64,000 bases of DNA from an uncultured Deinococcales bacterium. Lineage in GTDB: Bacteria > Deinococcota > Deinococci > Deinococcales > JAAFIG01. Numbering within the stretch: position 1 is the stretch's first letter; every line of letters begins with the position of its first letter. Of the stretch, positions 48,256-58,393 are shown one piece after another. The translations under genes and the position numbers were made by a program. Under the pieces are notes generated by a model. It saw only the letters and a program-made list of their open reading frames with translations, was not told where the DNA came from and ran no database searches. The stretch spans positions 1 to 64,000 of the forward strand of contig CAXTTL010000002.1 in assembly GCA_964247135.1 (NCBI GenBank). Direction: 5' to 3'.

Positions 48256-50148
48256 TTAAGCCGGAAAACCGTGTCCCTTGCCAAAGTTTGCGGGTTCGTC
48301 GGGTTTGGCGCTCGAGTCATCATCGGGCAATTCTTGCCCGTCCAGGAGCATCTGAAACTCTTCGGCGTTCAGGGTTTCACGAATCAAGAGTTCGTCCACC
48401 ACCCGCATCATCAAATGACGGTGTTGCTCGAGCAGCGCTTTGGCGGCTTCATAACACGTCTCGAGGATGGTTTTGACTTCAGCGTCGATGGCTTTGGCGG
48501 TGGCGTTGCTGTACTGACGGTTCTCAAATCCAAGCCCCAGATAATCTTGGTTCTCTTCGATCAGTGCCACGTGCCCCAGGGTTTGGCTCATGCCCCACTC
48601 GCCGACCATCTTGCGAGCCAGTTGCGTGGCTCGAGCAAAATCGTTTTGCGCCCCCGTGGTGACATCGCCAAACTCGAGTTCCTCGGCGGCGCGTCCCGCC
48701 ATAAAAACCGTGATGTGTTCCAAGATTTGATTGCGGGTCAGGTGGTCTTGTTCGCTGGGCATGGTTTGCATGAAGCCGGCGGCGTTGCCCCTTGGCACAA
48801 TGGTCAGTTTATGGACACGGTCTGCCAAGGGCAGTAAATTGGCTGCCAGCGCGTGACCGACCTCGTGAAAGGCGGTAATACGTTTGTCGGCTTCGGGAAT
48901 GATCCTGGATTTTCGCGCGGCGCCCATTGTGACCCTGTCTGCCGCCTCGTCCAAATCTTTGATGCCAATCCGCCGCCGCCCCGCTCGAGCCGCCAGCAAC
49001 GCGGCTTCGTTCAGCAGGTTCTCGAGGTCAGCCCCGACCATGCCAGGGGTGCGCCTTGCAATCAGTTTAAGATCAACATTGTCCTCGAGCGGTTTTTTGC
49101 GGCTGTGAACGCGCAAAATTTCTTCGCGCCCCTTCACGTCTGGTGCATCGACCACCACTTGACGGTCAAAACGACCTGGGCGTAACAATGCGCTGTCGAG
49201 CACGTCTGGGCGGTTGGTTGCCGCCAAAATGATGATGTCGTGCTTGGTTTCAAAACCGTCCATTTCGACCAAGAGTTGATTGAGGGTCTGCTCGCGTTCG
49301 TCGTTGCCGCCGTTCATGCCCGAGCTGCGCTTGCGTCCAACGGCGTCAATCTCATCAATAAAAATAATGCACGGCGCGGCTTTGCGGGCTTGCTCGAACA
49401 AATCGCGCACCCTGGAGGCACCGACCCCAACGAACATCTCGACAAAATCACTGCCCGAAATCGTGAAGAACGGCACTCGAGCCTCGCCCGCAACGGCTTT
49501 TGCCAGCAGGGTTTTGCCGCTGCCGGGCGGTCCGATCAACAGGCAACCTTTGGGGATTCTGGCGCCGATGTCATGAAACCGTGTGGGGTTTTTTAAGAAA
49601 TCCACCACCTCGGCAAGTTCCTCTTTGGCTTCGTCGCAACCCGCCACCTCGCGGAAGGTCACTTTGGGTTTTTCGACCTGACGCGCTCGAGATTTACCAA
49701 AACTCGGTGCGCCGCCGACATCTTTGGCTGCCCTTGAGCGAAACCACAAAAACCCGCCGATCAACAAAATCGGCAACAAGGCTTGCAAGCCCAGCAGCAC
49801 AAAGCGGTTGGTACGGTTTGCACCAACGATGCGGTATTCGGTGTTGTACTTTTGTCGCGCCAAATTCAGCTCGTTAAACAAGCGTTTGTCGAGCAGCAAT
49901 TGTGTCTCGTAATTGTGATCGTCTTTGGACACGATCCTTGCCGTGCTGATTTGCACCACGCCAGAACTTGAGATGGTGGCATTACCGCTGGGCAAAAGCG
50001 TCACGCTCTGGACTCCGCCCAGCCTCAAATCCTCGAGGAACTGACTTTCAGACACAGCCTGCGCCAAGACCTGCCCATTCAAGACCATGCCGCCCAAGAC
50101 CATGCAGGTCAAAACAAGTTTCCCAATCCAGTTTCGCATCTGATCCAC
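48256..50148 (-). CDS. ftsH: ATP-dependent zinc metalloprotease FtsH
   Basis: TM N-terminus, [26 protein letters not shown] and HEVGH. Confidence 0.95.
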   Translation of the reverse strand: MDQMRNWIGKLVLTCMVLGGMVLNGQVLAQAVSESQFLEDLRLGGVQSVTLLPSGNATISSSGVVQISTARIVSKDDHNYETQLLLDKRLFNELNLARQKYNTEYRIVGANRTNRFVLLGLQALLPILLIGGFLWFRSRAAKDVGGAPSFGKSRARQVEKPKVTFREVAGCDEAKEELAEVVDFLKNPTRFHDIGARIPKGCLLIGPPGSGKTLLAKAVAGEARVPFFTISGSDFVEMFVGVGASRVRDLFEQARKAAPCIIFIDEIDAVGRKRSSGMNGGNDEREQTLNQLLVEMDGFETKHDIIILAATNRPDVLDSALLRPGRFDRQVVVDAPDVKGREEILRVHSRKKPLEDNVDLKLIARRTPGMVGADLENLLNEAALLAARAGRRRIGIKDLDEAADRVTMGAARKSRIIPEADKRITAFHEVGHALAANLLPLADRVHKLTIVPRGNAAGFMQTMPSEQDHLTRNQILEHITVFMAGRAAEELEFGDVTTGAQNDFARATQLARKMVGEWGMSQTLGHVALIEENQDYLGLGFENRQYSNATAKAIDAEVKTILETCYEAAKALLEQHRHLMMRVVDELLIRETLNAEEFQMLLDGQELPDDDSSAKPDEPANFGKGHGFPA

Positions 50149-50221
50149 AGGGTATCACTCAGGGGATAAAGAACTGTTACGCACACCCCAGATCAAAACA
50201 AAAGCTCAGGTATTCTGATAT

Positions 50222-51748
50222 ATGGATGTCGTCTGGGTTGGTGCGGCGTACTTTGCGGGTTTGTTGGGGTCGCGGGTTGGCTTTCCGCCGCTGGTCGGGT
50301 ACTTGCTGGCGGGCTTTATGCTGTACGCCTTTGGCTACCGCTCGAGCGAAGCCCTGCACACCCTGGCAGACATTGGCGTGTGGTTGTTGCTGTTTGCGGT
50401 GGGTTTAAAGTTCAAGTTGCAAAACCTGATTCGCCCCGAGGTGCTGGGCGTCGGCGGCTTGCATTTGCTGATCTCGAGTGTCGTGGTGTTCGGCATCATG
50501 TTTTTGGCGCTCGGTTTTGGCAACGCCTTGTACCTGGCAATCGGTTTGGCATTCTCGAGCACGGTCTTGGCGATCAAGTTGCTCGAGGACAAAAGCGAAC
50601 TGAATTCCTATCACGGGCGTGTGGTGGTCGGTATTTTGGTGTTGCAAGACTTGGTGGCGATTCTCTTGCTGGCGTTTGCTGGGGCAAAACAACCGACACT
50701 TTGGGCGCTCGGGTTTTTGTTGCTGCCGTTGCTGCGCCCAGTCTTGCTGCAACTGCTGGTTCGCAGCGGTCACGAGGAGCTGCTCTTGTTGTTTGGTCTG
50801 GCGCTCGCTTTGGCTGGTGGCACGTTGGCGCAAAAGGTTGGAATTTCGCCAGAGTTGGGCGCACTGATTTTTGGGGCTGTTTTGGCGGGTCATGACCGCA
50901 CCAGTGAACTCTCCAGCGTGCTGTGGGGTTTAAAAGAATCGTTTTTGGTGGCATTTTTCTTGACCATCGGTTTGGGAGGCTTGCCGCCGTTGAGCTTGTT
51001 GGTGTGGTCGCCACTGGTTTTGGTGGCGTTACCCTTGCAGGGCGCACTGTTTTTCTGGTTGTTTTTGCGATTTGGTTTGCGTGCCCGTACCGCCTTTGTC
51101 GCCAGTGCCGCGCTGACCAGTTACGGCGAATTTGCCTTGATTGTCGTCAAACCCCTGATCGAATCTGGGCAGCTCGAGGCAGGTTGGGCGAGTTTGCTGG
51201 GTGTGATGATTGCGTTATCCTTGGTGGTTGCCGCACCGTTCAACCGTGCGGTGCATGTTTTATACGACCGTTTTGAGACCAGCTTGCTGCGCTTTGAAAG
51301 CAAGACCGTTCATCCTGACCAAGAACCCACCCAACTTGGCAATCCCAACTGGCTGGTCATCGGCATGGGACGCACCGGCGGCGCGGCGTACAAGCAACTC
51401 GAGGTTTCGGGGCAACAGGTGGTGGGTTTGGACAGCGATCCGGACAAACTCGAGCATCACCGTGCCAAGGGCAGAAATGTCTTGTACGGCGATGCCGAAG
51501 ACCCAGCGTTGTGGGAACGCCTCGAGTTGAACGGTTTGAGCGGTGTGCTGGTGACCGCACCCGATTTGGAAGCCCGTCTGCGCTCGCTCGAGGGACTCAA
51601 CAAAAGGGGTTTTAAGGGACGCAAGGCGGTGCTTTCGCATCACGTCGAGGAGGAAGCCGAACTGCTTCGCGCGGGGGCAACCCTGCTGTTTCGACCATTC
51701 TCTGAGGTGGGCGAACGCATGGCGCAACGGGCGCTCGAGTTGAGTTAA
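50222..51748 (+). CDS. Cation:proton antiporter (CPA2/Kef-like) with TrkA-N domain
   Basis: PPLVGYLLAG, SSTVLAIKLL, ILVLQDL, and C-terminal IGMGRTG and YGDAED. Confidence 0.88.
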   Translation: MDVVWVGAAYFAGLLGSRVGFPPLVGYLLAGFMLYAFGYRSSEALHTLADIGVWLLLFAVGLKFKLQNLIRPEVLGVGGLHLLISSVVVFGIMFLALGFGNALYLAIGLAFSSTVLAIKLLEDKSELNSYHGRVVVGILVLQDLVAILLLAFAGAKQPTLWALGFLLLPLLRPVLLQLLVRSGHEELLLLFGLALALAGGTLAQKVGISPELGALIFGAVLAGHDRTSELSSVLWGLKESFLVAFFLTIGLGGLPPLSLLVWSPLVLVALPLQGALFFWLFLRFGLRARTAFVASAALTSYGEFALIVVKPLIESGQLEAGWASLLGVMIALSLVVAAPFNRAVHVLYDRFETSLLRFESKTVHPDQEPTQLGNPNWLVIGMGRTGGAAYKQLEVSGQQVVGLDSDPDKLEHHRAKGRNVLYGDAEDPALWERLELNGLSGVLVTAPDLEARLRSLEGLNKRGFKGRKAVLSHHVEEEAELLRAGATLLFRPFSEVGERMAQRALELS

Positions 51749-51893
51749 ACAACCCTGACACTTTGCTTTACAACCCTCACGCAAACAGAACGCACAAAGC
51801 CTCAAACAGGTTAAACTGTATGATTCTTACTCGAGATTTATTACGGTTTCGGGTGACTTTTGGCAGCATAAAAGCACCAGCAGGAGGCAATTC

Positions 51894-52697
51894 GTGAACG
51901 GAAAAGTCATTGTGGTCACGTCGGGAAAAGGTGGGGTTGGCAAAACCACCACCAGCGCCAACATCTCGGCGGGCTTGGCAAAACTTGGGGAAAAAGTAAC
52001 AGTGATCGACGTGGACGTTGGTCTTCGCAACCTAGACGTGGTCATGGGACTCGAGGGAAGGGTCGTGTTCGACCTGGTCGATGTGCTCGAGGGCAAGTGT
52101 CGCATCAAACAAGCACTCATCCGCGACAAGCGTGTGGACAGTTTGTTCTTGCTGCCCGCCTCGCAAACCCGCGATAAAGATGCGCTCTCGATTGACGGCA
52201 TGAAAGAATTGGTGCGCCAACTGCTCGAGGAAGAGGGCATGGACCGCGTCATCATCGATTCGCCAGCCGGTATTGAAACCGGTTTTAAAGTCGCGGCTGC
52301 CCCAGCCACGGCGGCGCTGGTCGTGGTCAATCCCGAAGTCTCGAGCGTGCGCGATGCCGACCGCATCATTGGGCTTTTAGAAGCCAACGAAGTCCGCGAG
52401 TCACGGCTGGTGATTAACCGGATGCGCCCAAAAATGGTGGCTCGAGGCGACATGCTTTCGGTGGATGACGTGATCGAGATTCTGGCGGTCAAACCCATTG
52501 GTATTATTCCAGAGGATGAAGGCATTCTGATCTCGACCAACATCGGCGAACCCGCCAGTCTGTCGGGCGCGACCAAAGCCGGCATCGCGTTTTTTGACAC
52601 CGCACGACGGATTCACGGCGAGGATGTGCCATTTCCCAAGCTCGAGGACAAAGACGGTTTCTTCGCCAACCTTGGCAAGTTGTTCAGGAGGGGTTAA
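51894..52697 (+). CDS. minD: Septum site-determining ATPase MinD
   Basis: SGKGGVGKTT, DVGLRNLD, DSPAGIE, PEVSSVRDADR and C-terminal amphipathic FFANLGKLF. Confidence 0.96.
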   Translation: MNGKVIVVTSGKGGVGKTTTSANISAGLAKLGEKVTVIDVDVGLRNLDVVMGLEGRVVFDLVDVLEGKCRIKQALIRDKRVDSLFLLPASQTRDKDALSIDGMKELVRQLLEEEGMDRVIIDSPAGIETGFKVAAAPATAALVVVNPEVSSVRDADRIIGLLEANEVRESRLVINRMRPKMVARGDMLSVDDVIEILAVKPIGIIPEDEGILISTNIGEPASLSGATKAGIAFFDTARRIHGEDVPFPKLEDKDGFFANLGKLFRRG

Positions 52698-52921
52698 TGT
52701 TCTGGGGACGCCGCAAAACCAAAGACACCCTGAAAAACCGTCTGCAAGTCGTGTTGCAATACGACCGCGCGGGTTTGCCGCCCGGACGCGAGGAAATGCT
52801 GCGCAGCGAACTGATGGCGGTGATTCAAAAATACTTTCCTGGCGCAAAAAGCCAACCGAATTTAAACGTCGAACGGCGCGGTGAGAACGTGATTTTGACC
52901 GCCGATATTCCGCTGGATTAA
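52697..52921 (+). CDS. minE: Cell division topological specificity factor MinE
   Basis: LKNRLQVVLQYDR...LRSELMAVIQKY; overlaps the minD stop. Confidence 0.9.
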   Translation: MFWGRRKTKDTLKNRLQVVLQYDRAGLPPGREEMLRSELMAVIQKYFPGAKSQPNLNVERRGENVILTADIPLD

Positions 52922-52978
52922 TGCTCGAGCGTTGCCGATCAAGAAGTGGTTGAAATTCGTTTCGACCACGGACATTTT

Positions 52979-54061
52979 TTAACGCCAAGTTCGGCTGAGG
53001 GTTTCGGTCGCTGCCTCGCGCACACTTGGGCTTGGGTCTTGGGTCAATCTTTTTAAGATTTGATTCGATGCCACGCCAACGTATGCCACCTGCCAGCGCA
53101 CGTCCTCATCTGGATCGCTGGCGAGTTGCTCGAGCACCCAGGCTGGCGTCTTTGTGGCTTTGGCGTAAGCCAAGGTTCGCCGCACCTCTGGGTTTTGGTC
53201 TTTGAGCAAAACTTCAAACATGGCTTGCCCCAGATCGTCGCGGCTTGCGATATTCTTGCGCACGTCGGCACTCGAGTCTTTTGCCAGAATCAACATTTGA
53301 TCTTGTGGTAAATCATGATGCCCTGCCAGGCATTCCCGAACTTTTTCATCGGGGTCGATCACCAAATGATTGTGAAATTGAGGAATCCAAGCATAAAGCT
53401 TGGCAATCTCGAGCCGAACTTCGGAATTCACGTCTCTAGATAGGGTTTGCAACAGATTGATTTCGCCGCGCTGACGCAGGTTTTCGACACTCGAGGCTCG
53501 GACGCTGGCAGCGGGGTCGGTGGCTAACATCCGCAGTTCTTTGATCGGAACAAGATTGTTCCAGGCGACCGCGCCACGCACCAGCGGGTCGGGGTCTTGG
53601 GAAAGTTTTTCGAGGACGGCAATTGGACAGGCGTCGCGCACAGCGACATCGAAGCGCACCAAAGCATCGGAGTCTTCGCTCAGTTTTGTAAAAATCGCGG
53701 CAGTACAATTTTTGTTGTCAGTGACGGCACGGCGCACCGCAGCGTCAGAATGCCGTGCAAGTTGCGCCAACAGCTCGGCTGGAGTTTGAATGCTTTGCGC
53801 CACGGCGATGCAAACCGTATTTTGTTTGTGTTTGGCAAGTTTCTCGAGGATTTCCAGGTTGATGTTGGGATTGCTTGCCACCGCTTTCAGAATCGTCCAT
53901 TTGCCGTGCCCACTGAGGTACTCGAGTGCGGCAAGGGGGGCTTTGGGATTCACCGCCACGGCGTACTGCACAGTTGGGTCGGGAAGTTTGGCTAACTCGA
54001 GTAACCGAGATGCCAGGGTTTTTTTGCTTTTTGCTTCTTTTTTAAGCGTGGCAATGTTCAT
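52979..54061 (-). CDS. HEAT/leucine-rich-variant (LRV) repeat protein
   Basis: ~24-aa repeats LE.LA.DP...VR..VA.N. Start uncertain (54061-54145). Confidence 0.8.
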   Translation of the reverse strand: MNIATLKKEAKSKKTLASRLLELAKLPDPTVQYAVAVNPKAPLAALEYLSGHGKWTILKAVASNPNINLEILEKLAKHKQNTVCIAVAQSIQTPAELLAQLARHSDAAVRRAVTDNKNCTAAIFTKLSEDSDALVRFDVAVRDACPIAVLEKLSQDPDPLVRGAVAWNNLVPIKELRMLATDPAASVRASSVENLRQRGEINLLQTLSRDVNSEVRLEIAKLYAWIPQFHNHLVIDPDEKVRECLAGHHDLPQDQMLILAKDSSADVRKNIASRDDLGQAMFEVLLKDQNPEVRRTLAYAKATKTPAWVLEQLASDPDEDVRWQVAYVGVASNQILKRLTQDPSPSVREAATETLSRTWR

Positions 54062-54234
54062 CAATTCATTTTGCAGCATCACAAGATTTGAAAACTTGAG
54101 ATGCCAAATCATTTCGGCTTCACTGGGGTTACCACCTCGAGTCATTGTTCTGTAGCATAAAGAAATGCTTGAGATTCGTCTTCATCAATTCTTGTTGTAA
54201 GAAAAAAGCAATACACCCAGGGTAAAGATAAGCC

Positions 54235-54690
54235 ATGCGACTGATTGATTGGATCAAAAAAATGCTGGCTGGCGAAAAACCCGACGAAAGTTTCAAACTC
54301 GAGGGTGAGCAGAAATTCATCAAAGGACTCGATGTCATGGCGGCACTCGAGGCGCACCTCAAATGGCGCTCTCGACTCGAGCAGTATATTTTGGGCGATC
54401 ACACCGAAAAACTTGATTACAACGTGGTTTCAAAAGACAATGTTTGCATCTTGGGGCAGTGGTTGTACGGCGCCGGATACCAAATTTTCATGCACGTCCC
54501 AGAATACGCCTCACTCGGACGCGCCCACCGCGAGTTTCACGTTTTTGCGGGACAAATCCTTGAGGAATACCAGACCGGCAGCAAAGACGGTGCGAAACGA
54601 TTGCTGGCAGAACAATTTAATGCCTACTCTGGGAACGTTCAAACAGCGCTGGTAAAACTCCATAAACTCGCGCACGGCAACGAAGTTTAA
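54235..54690 (+). CDS. Stand-alone CZB (chemoreceptor zinc-binding) domain protein
   Basis: AHLKW, CILGQWLY and AHREFH (3His-1Cys pattern). Confidence 0.85.
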   Translation: MRLIDWIKKMLAGEKPDESFKLEGEQKFIKGLDVMAALEAHLKWRSRLEQYILGDHTEKLDYNVVSKDNVCILGQWLYGAGYQIFMHVPEYASLGRAHREFHVFAGQILEEYQTGSKDGAKRLLAEQFNAYSGNVQTALVKLHKLAHGNEV

Positions 54691-54708
54691 ATTGATCTCG
54701 AGAATCGA

Positions 54709-55275
54709 TCACTTTGGTTTTACTGGGTTGAACATCTCGAGTCCGCCGGCTTTTAAAAACCTACCCTTCAGACTCTCGAGGCTCTCTACAGGCTTTGAAC
54801 TGGCATCCCCTGGCAATGTTCCCGCAAAGACCTCGAGCGCGTCTGTAAAGCCATCTGAATCGCTGTCAGCATCAAACACGCCTCGAGCGTCGTACTGGGT
54901 TTTTAAGGCATCCAGTTTGGCTTCGGGTTTGCTGTCGCGGTCTGTAGGATTTGACCCTGCCATGCGCTCGAGCGAATCTGGAATGCCGTCATGGTCGGTG
55001 TCGCCGCCATAACGCAAGCCCGAGTACAGCGCCGCGTTGATGTCTTGCTTCTTGCCGCGCCAGAACCCGACGGCGTAACCAAAACTGTTCCAACCCACGC
55101 CACCGTTCGGGCTGACATGGCACAGCACACAACCTGAACGCTCGAGCGCACTCCCTGAGATTTTCTCAAAATGCAGTACCCTGCTGGCAACCCCTAAATA
55201 GTCACTGCGGGCGCTGACCCCCGCACAAATCAGCAAACTCGAGACAATAAAAGCAAAGCCATGAACGGGTTTCAT
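54709..55275 (-). CDS. Secreted protein with c-type heme motif and thrombospondin type-3-like repeats
   Basis: Signal peptide, CVLCH, DTDHDGIPD..E...GSNP and DSDSDGFTD..E...GTLP. Confidence 0.75.
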   Translation of the reverse strand: MKPVHGFAFIVSSLLICAGVSARSDYLGVASRVLHFEKISGSALERSGCVLCHVSPNGGVGWNSFGYAVGFWRGKKQDINAALYSGLRYGGDTDHDGIPDSLERMAGSNPTDRDSKPEAKLDALKTQYDARGVFDADSDSDGFTDALEVFAGTLPGDASSKPVESLESLKGRFLKAGGLEMFNPVKPK

Positions 55276-55314
55276 GGCTTTTGGATGATTGTTTTTGAAA
55301 ATAGTTCCCAGGGT

Positions 55315-57384
55315 TTAGCTTTTCACCAAGTCGCGGATGAACAAATTGAACGACAGGATCGGCGCATAGGTTTCGATGTTGACCAGCAACGTGCCGTCTG
55401 GGGCGTACTTGCGCACGATATGCCCGCCGCGTCTGGCGGCGTAAACTTGCCCTTGGTGGTCGATGCCGATGTCCATGACGTTGTTGGTGTCCTCGCCGTG
55501 AAGCGGTTCGATGTTGAAGCTTTGCCCCTGTTTGCCGGCTGGGAAAATCAGCGACCTGATCTTGGAACTGCTGGCGTCGGCGATGTACAGCACCCCAGTG
55601 GCATCGACGCCCACGCCGTCAAGGACGCGGAGTTCGCTCGATTCGGAATTGATTTTAAAGCTGAAGCGTTGAATAAATTCGCCCTCTTTGGTAAAACGCT
55701 GCACCTGACGGTTGCCGTAATCGAGCACGTACACAAAACCGTCGCTGCCCGCAATGACGTTGCGCGGGTCGTCAAAGGTGCCGCGTCCCGCGCCGCGCCC
55801 ACCAAATTTGGAGATAAATTGACCCTCGAGCGTGAAGCGTTGCACCATGCAAGCCTCGCTGTCGAGCACATACACCTGATCCCAGGGGGCGACGCTGATG
55901 GCGGCAGGGTACAAGAAATCGCCTGGTTTCATGCCGTAATTGCCGAAGGCGCTCAGCTCAACGCCGTTTGGGTCGAGCTTGCGAATCATTTTGGGGCTGC
56001 TCTCGCCGGCGCGGTACTCGAACACGGCGGCAAACAAGTTTAAGTCTCGATCCGCCGCCACCGCGACTGGCGCGGCTGGAAACTTGTCCGCGCCCTGCCC
56101 GATGCTCGAGAGGCTGCGCTCGAGGTTGCCCTTGCCGTCCAGAATGCGCAGCGGTCCTTTGCGCGAATTTAAACTGACCACGAGTTGCACGGGTCCGTCA
56201 AGGCTGCTGCTGCCCTCGAGCAATCCCACATCGACGGCTTCGATCACCTCGTTCAAGGAGGCGCGTTTTTCGGGGTCTTTTTCGATCATGCGCATGACCA
56301 GGTCGTTGAGTTTTTGGCTGACCTCGAGGTTGACCTGGCGCGGTGGGGTCGGGGTTTGAAAGATTTGGGCTTGAACCACGGCTTCGTACCCGCCTTTAAA
56401 GGCGGTGACGCCCGTGACCATCTCGTAGAACACCAAGCCCAGGCTGTAAATGTCGGTGCGGTGATCGATTTTTAAGCCCCTGGCTTGTTCTGGACTCATG
56501 TAGACGGGTGTGCCCACCCGAGCGCCGGTCATGGTCAAGCGGGTCAAAACCTTGCCGGCGGCAATCCCAAAGTCCATCAACTTCACGCCGCTGGCTTCGA
56601 TGCTGGGCGGGTTAAAACCCATCGCGGATTTGGTGACCATGATGTTGCCAGGTTTGATGTCGCGGTGAATGATGCCTTGCTTGTGAATGTAGCGCAGCGC
56701 ATCGGCGGTGGCACGCAAGACCATCGTGCTGTGCTCGAGCGTCAAACGTCTGGTTTCGATCAGGCTCTCCAAACTTTCGCCCTCGACAAATTCCATGCTG
56801 ATAAAGTGGGTGGTGCCCTCGTTGCTGTGCTCGAAGACTTTAATGATGTTCGGGTGATTCAGGCGCATCAGGACTTCGGCTTCGCGGTGAAAACGGCGCA
56901 CGAATTTGGCGTCGGCAACAAATTTTTCTTGCGGGATTTTTAAAGCCACAATCTTGGAGTCGTCCTTGCGCAAAGCGCGGTAGACCGTCGCCATGCCGCC
57001 GATGCCCACACGGTCACGCAGTTCGTAGCGCGATAAGCTCGAGTTGCCCTCGCCTTTGATGTTGTTGGCGTTGATTCCAGCCAAGGTTGGGGTGCGACCT
57101 GTTTCGCGCGATGGTCGGCGTTTGTTGGACCTTGGACGGGCGTAAGCCGTTCCGAGCGGCACGAGCGAGGACACCAGAATGATGGCGGCAATCACCAGGC
57201 TGGCGTCGGCGCGGTGCGGATTGGAGACGCCACCGCTGAAGGCTGGGGTTTGCGCCAAGAAGAACAGCGCTATCGCAAAAACCAGACCCGCACCAGCCGC
57301 CACAAGCGTGGTCAGGATGGCGGGCAAGCGCCAGAAAATAAACACGGCAAAGGCAAACAAGCTCAGCAGCAAAATCGCGGTCAT
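55315..57384 (-). CDS. Membrane-anchored Ser/Thr kinase with C-terminal NHL-repeat beta-propeller
   Basis: N-terminal TM helices, GIGGMATVY, HRDIKPGN, MDFGIA, GTPVYMSPEQ, then NHL repeats (F..P..I...G.VYVLD). Confidence 0.9.
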   Translation of the reverse strand: MTAILLLSLFAFAVFIFWRLPAILTTLVAAGAGLVFAIALFFLAQTPAFSGGVSNPHRADASLVIAAIILVSSLVPLGTAYARPRSNKRRPSRETGRTPTLAGINANNIKGEGNSSLSRYELRDRVGIGGMATVYRALRKDDSKIVALKIPQEKFVADAKFVRRFHREAEVLMRLNHPNIIKVFEHSNEGTTHFISMEFVEGESLESLIETRRLTLEHSTMVLRATADALRYIHKQGIIHRDIKPGNIMVTKSAMGFNPPSIEASGVKLMDFGIAAGKVLTRLTMTGARVGTPVYMSPEQARGLKIDHRTDIYSLGLVFYEMVTGVTAFKGGYEAVVQAQIFQTPTPPRQVNLEVSQKLNDLVMRMIEKDPEKRASLNEVIEAVDVGLLEGSSSLDGPVQLVVSLNSRKGPLRILDGKGNLERSLSSIGQGADKFPAAPVAVAADRDLNLFAAVFEYRAGESSPKMIRKLDPNGVELSAFGNYGMKPGDFLYPAAISVAPWDQVYVLDSEACMVQRFTLEGQFISKFGGRGAGRGTFDDPRNVIAGSDGFVYVLDYGNRQVQRFTKEGEFIQRFSFKINSESSELRVLDGVGVDATGVLYIADASSSKIRSLIFPAGKQGQSFNIEPLHGEDTNNVMDIGIDHQGQVYAARRGGHIVRKYAPDGTLLVNIETYAPILSFNLFIRDLVKS

Positions 57385-58154
57385 GTCATCACCTGCGCGA
57401 TCACACCCGTAATGTTGTCAGGTCCACCGCGTTGGTTTGCCAGACCAATAAAATACTCGAGCGCCATTTGCAATGCCGAGCCACGGTTGAGTTCATCCAA
57501 AAATTCGTCGATGCGGACTTGGTTGTGCAAACCGTCCGAGGTCAGAATAAACGTATCACCCGTCGAAATTGGAAAGCTTAATACATCCACCACGACCTGA
57601 GGACGCGTGCCGAGCGCTCGAGCCAGCAGGTTTCGGTATTGATGGTTTTCGGCTTGTTCGCGTGTCAAAATACCCTTTTCGACCTGTTCTTCGACCCAGG
57701 AATGGTCTTTGCTGATTTGTTGCACCTGCCCTTTGCGCACCAGATGCGCCCTCGAGTCACCGACATGCCCCAGAATACCCTTTCGGTCATACAAAATGAG
57801 TACCGTCAAGGTGGTGCCCATGCCGTCGCGTTCTGGAAACTCGAGCGCGGTTTTGTAAATCGTGCGGTTGGCAGCTTGAATGCTCTTCTCGAGCGCCTTC
57901 TCGAGCGGAATGGCGGCGTTGCCATTTGCGACAAAATCAACGTAATCGCTGATCGCTTTGGTCACGACATCGACCGCAATTTTGCTGGCGTACTCTCCGG
58001 CGGCGGCGCCACCCATGCCGTCAGCCACAGCCAAAAACACCAAAGGTCCTTTGGTGGTCTGGAAGGTTTTGACTCGGTGATAGTCCTCGTTGGAATCGCG
58101 GACGCGACCCACGCTCGAACCATGCCCGAAATTAACTCCTGGTCGTGTCTGCAA
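57381..58154 (-). CDS. PP2C-family Ser/Thr phosphatase
   Basis: GRVRDSNED, VADGMGG, MGTT, HVGDSR, DHS, SDGL and GGPDNIT; overlaps the kinase start. Confidence 0.93.
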   Translation of the reverse strand: MQTRPGVNFGHGSSVGRVRDSNEDYHRVKTFQTTKGPLVFLAVADGMGGAAAGEYASKIAVDVVTKAISDYVDFVANGNAAIPLEKALEKSIQAANRTIYKTALEFPERDGMGTTLTVLILYDRKGILGHVGDSRAHLVRKGQVQQISKDHSWVEEQVEKGILTREQAENHQYRNLLARALGTRPQVVVDVLSFPISTGDTFILTSDGLHNQVRIDEFLDELNRGSALQMALEYFIGLANQRGGPDNITGVIAQVMT

Positions 58155-58393
58155 CGCTCACCTCGAGAAATCTGAATCCGAATTGGATTCTAGCATTCGC
58201 TGGGCGGCTTATGGCTTGTCCAAGTCACATCGTGACAAAAACTGGGTGGTCGCGTGGATTCCCAAAAGGGATTAATTTGGCAAAATCCTTGTCCCTGAGG
58301 CTTTTTTGTGACCAGCGACCCAGATTGACGCGGGTATCATCCAAGCTCGAGATTCAAATTGCTTCGGGGTGCTAAGCTTTCATCAAGCACAAA

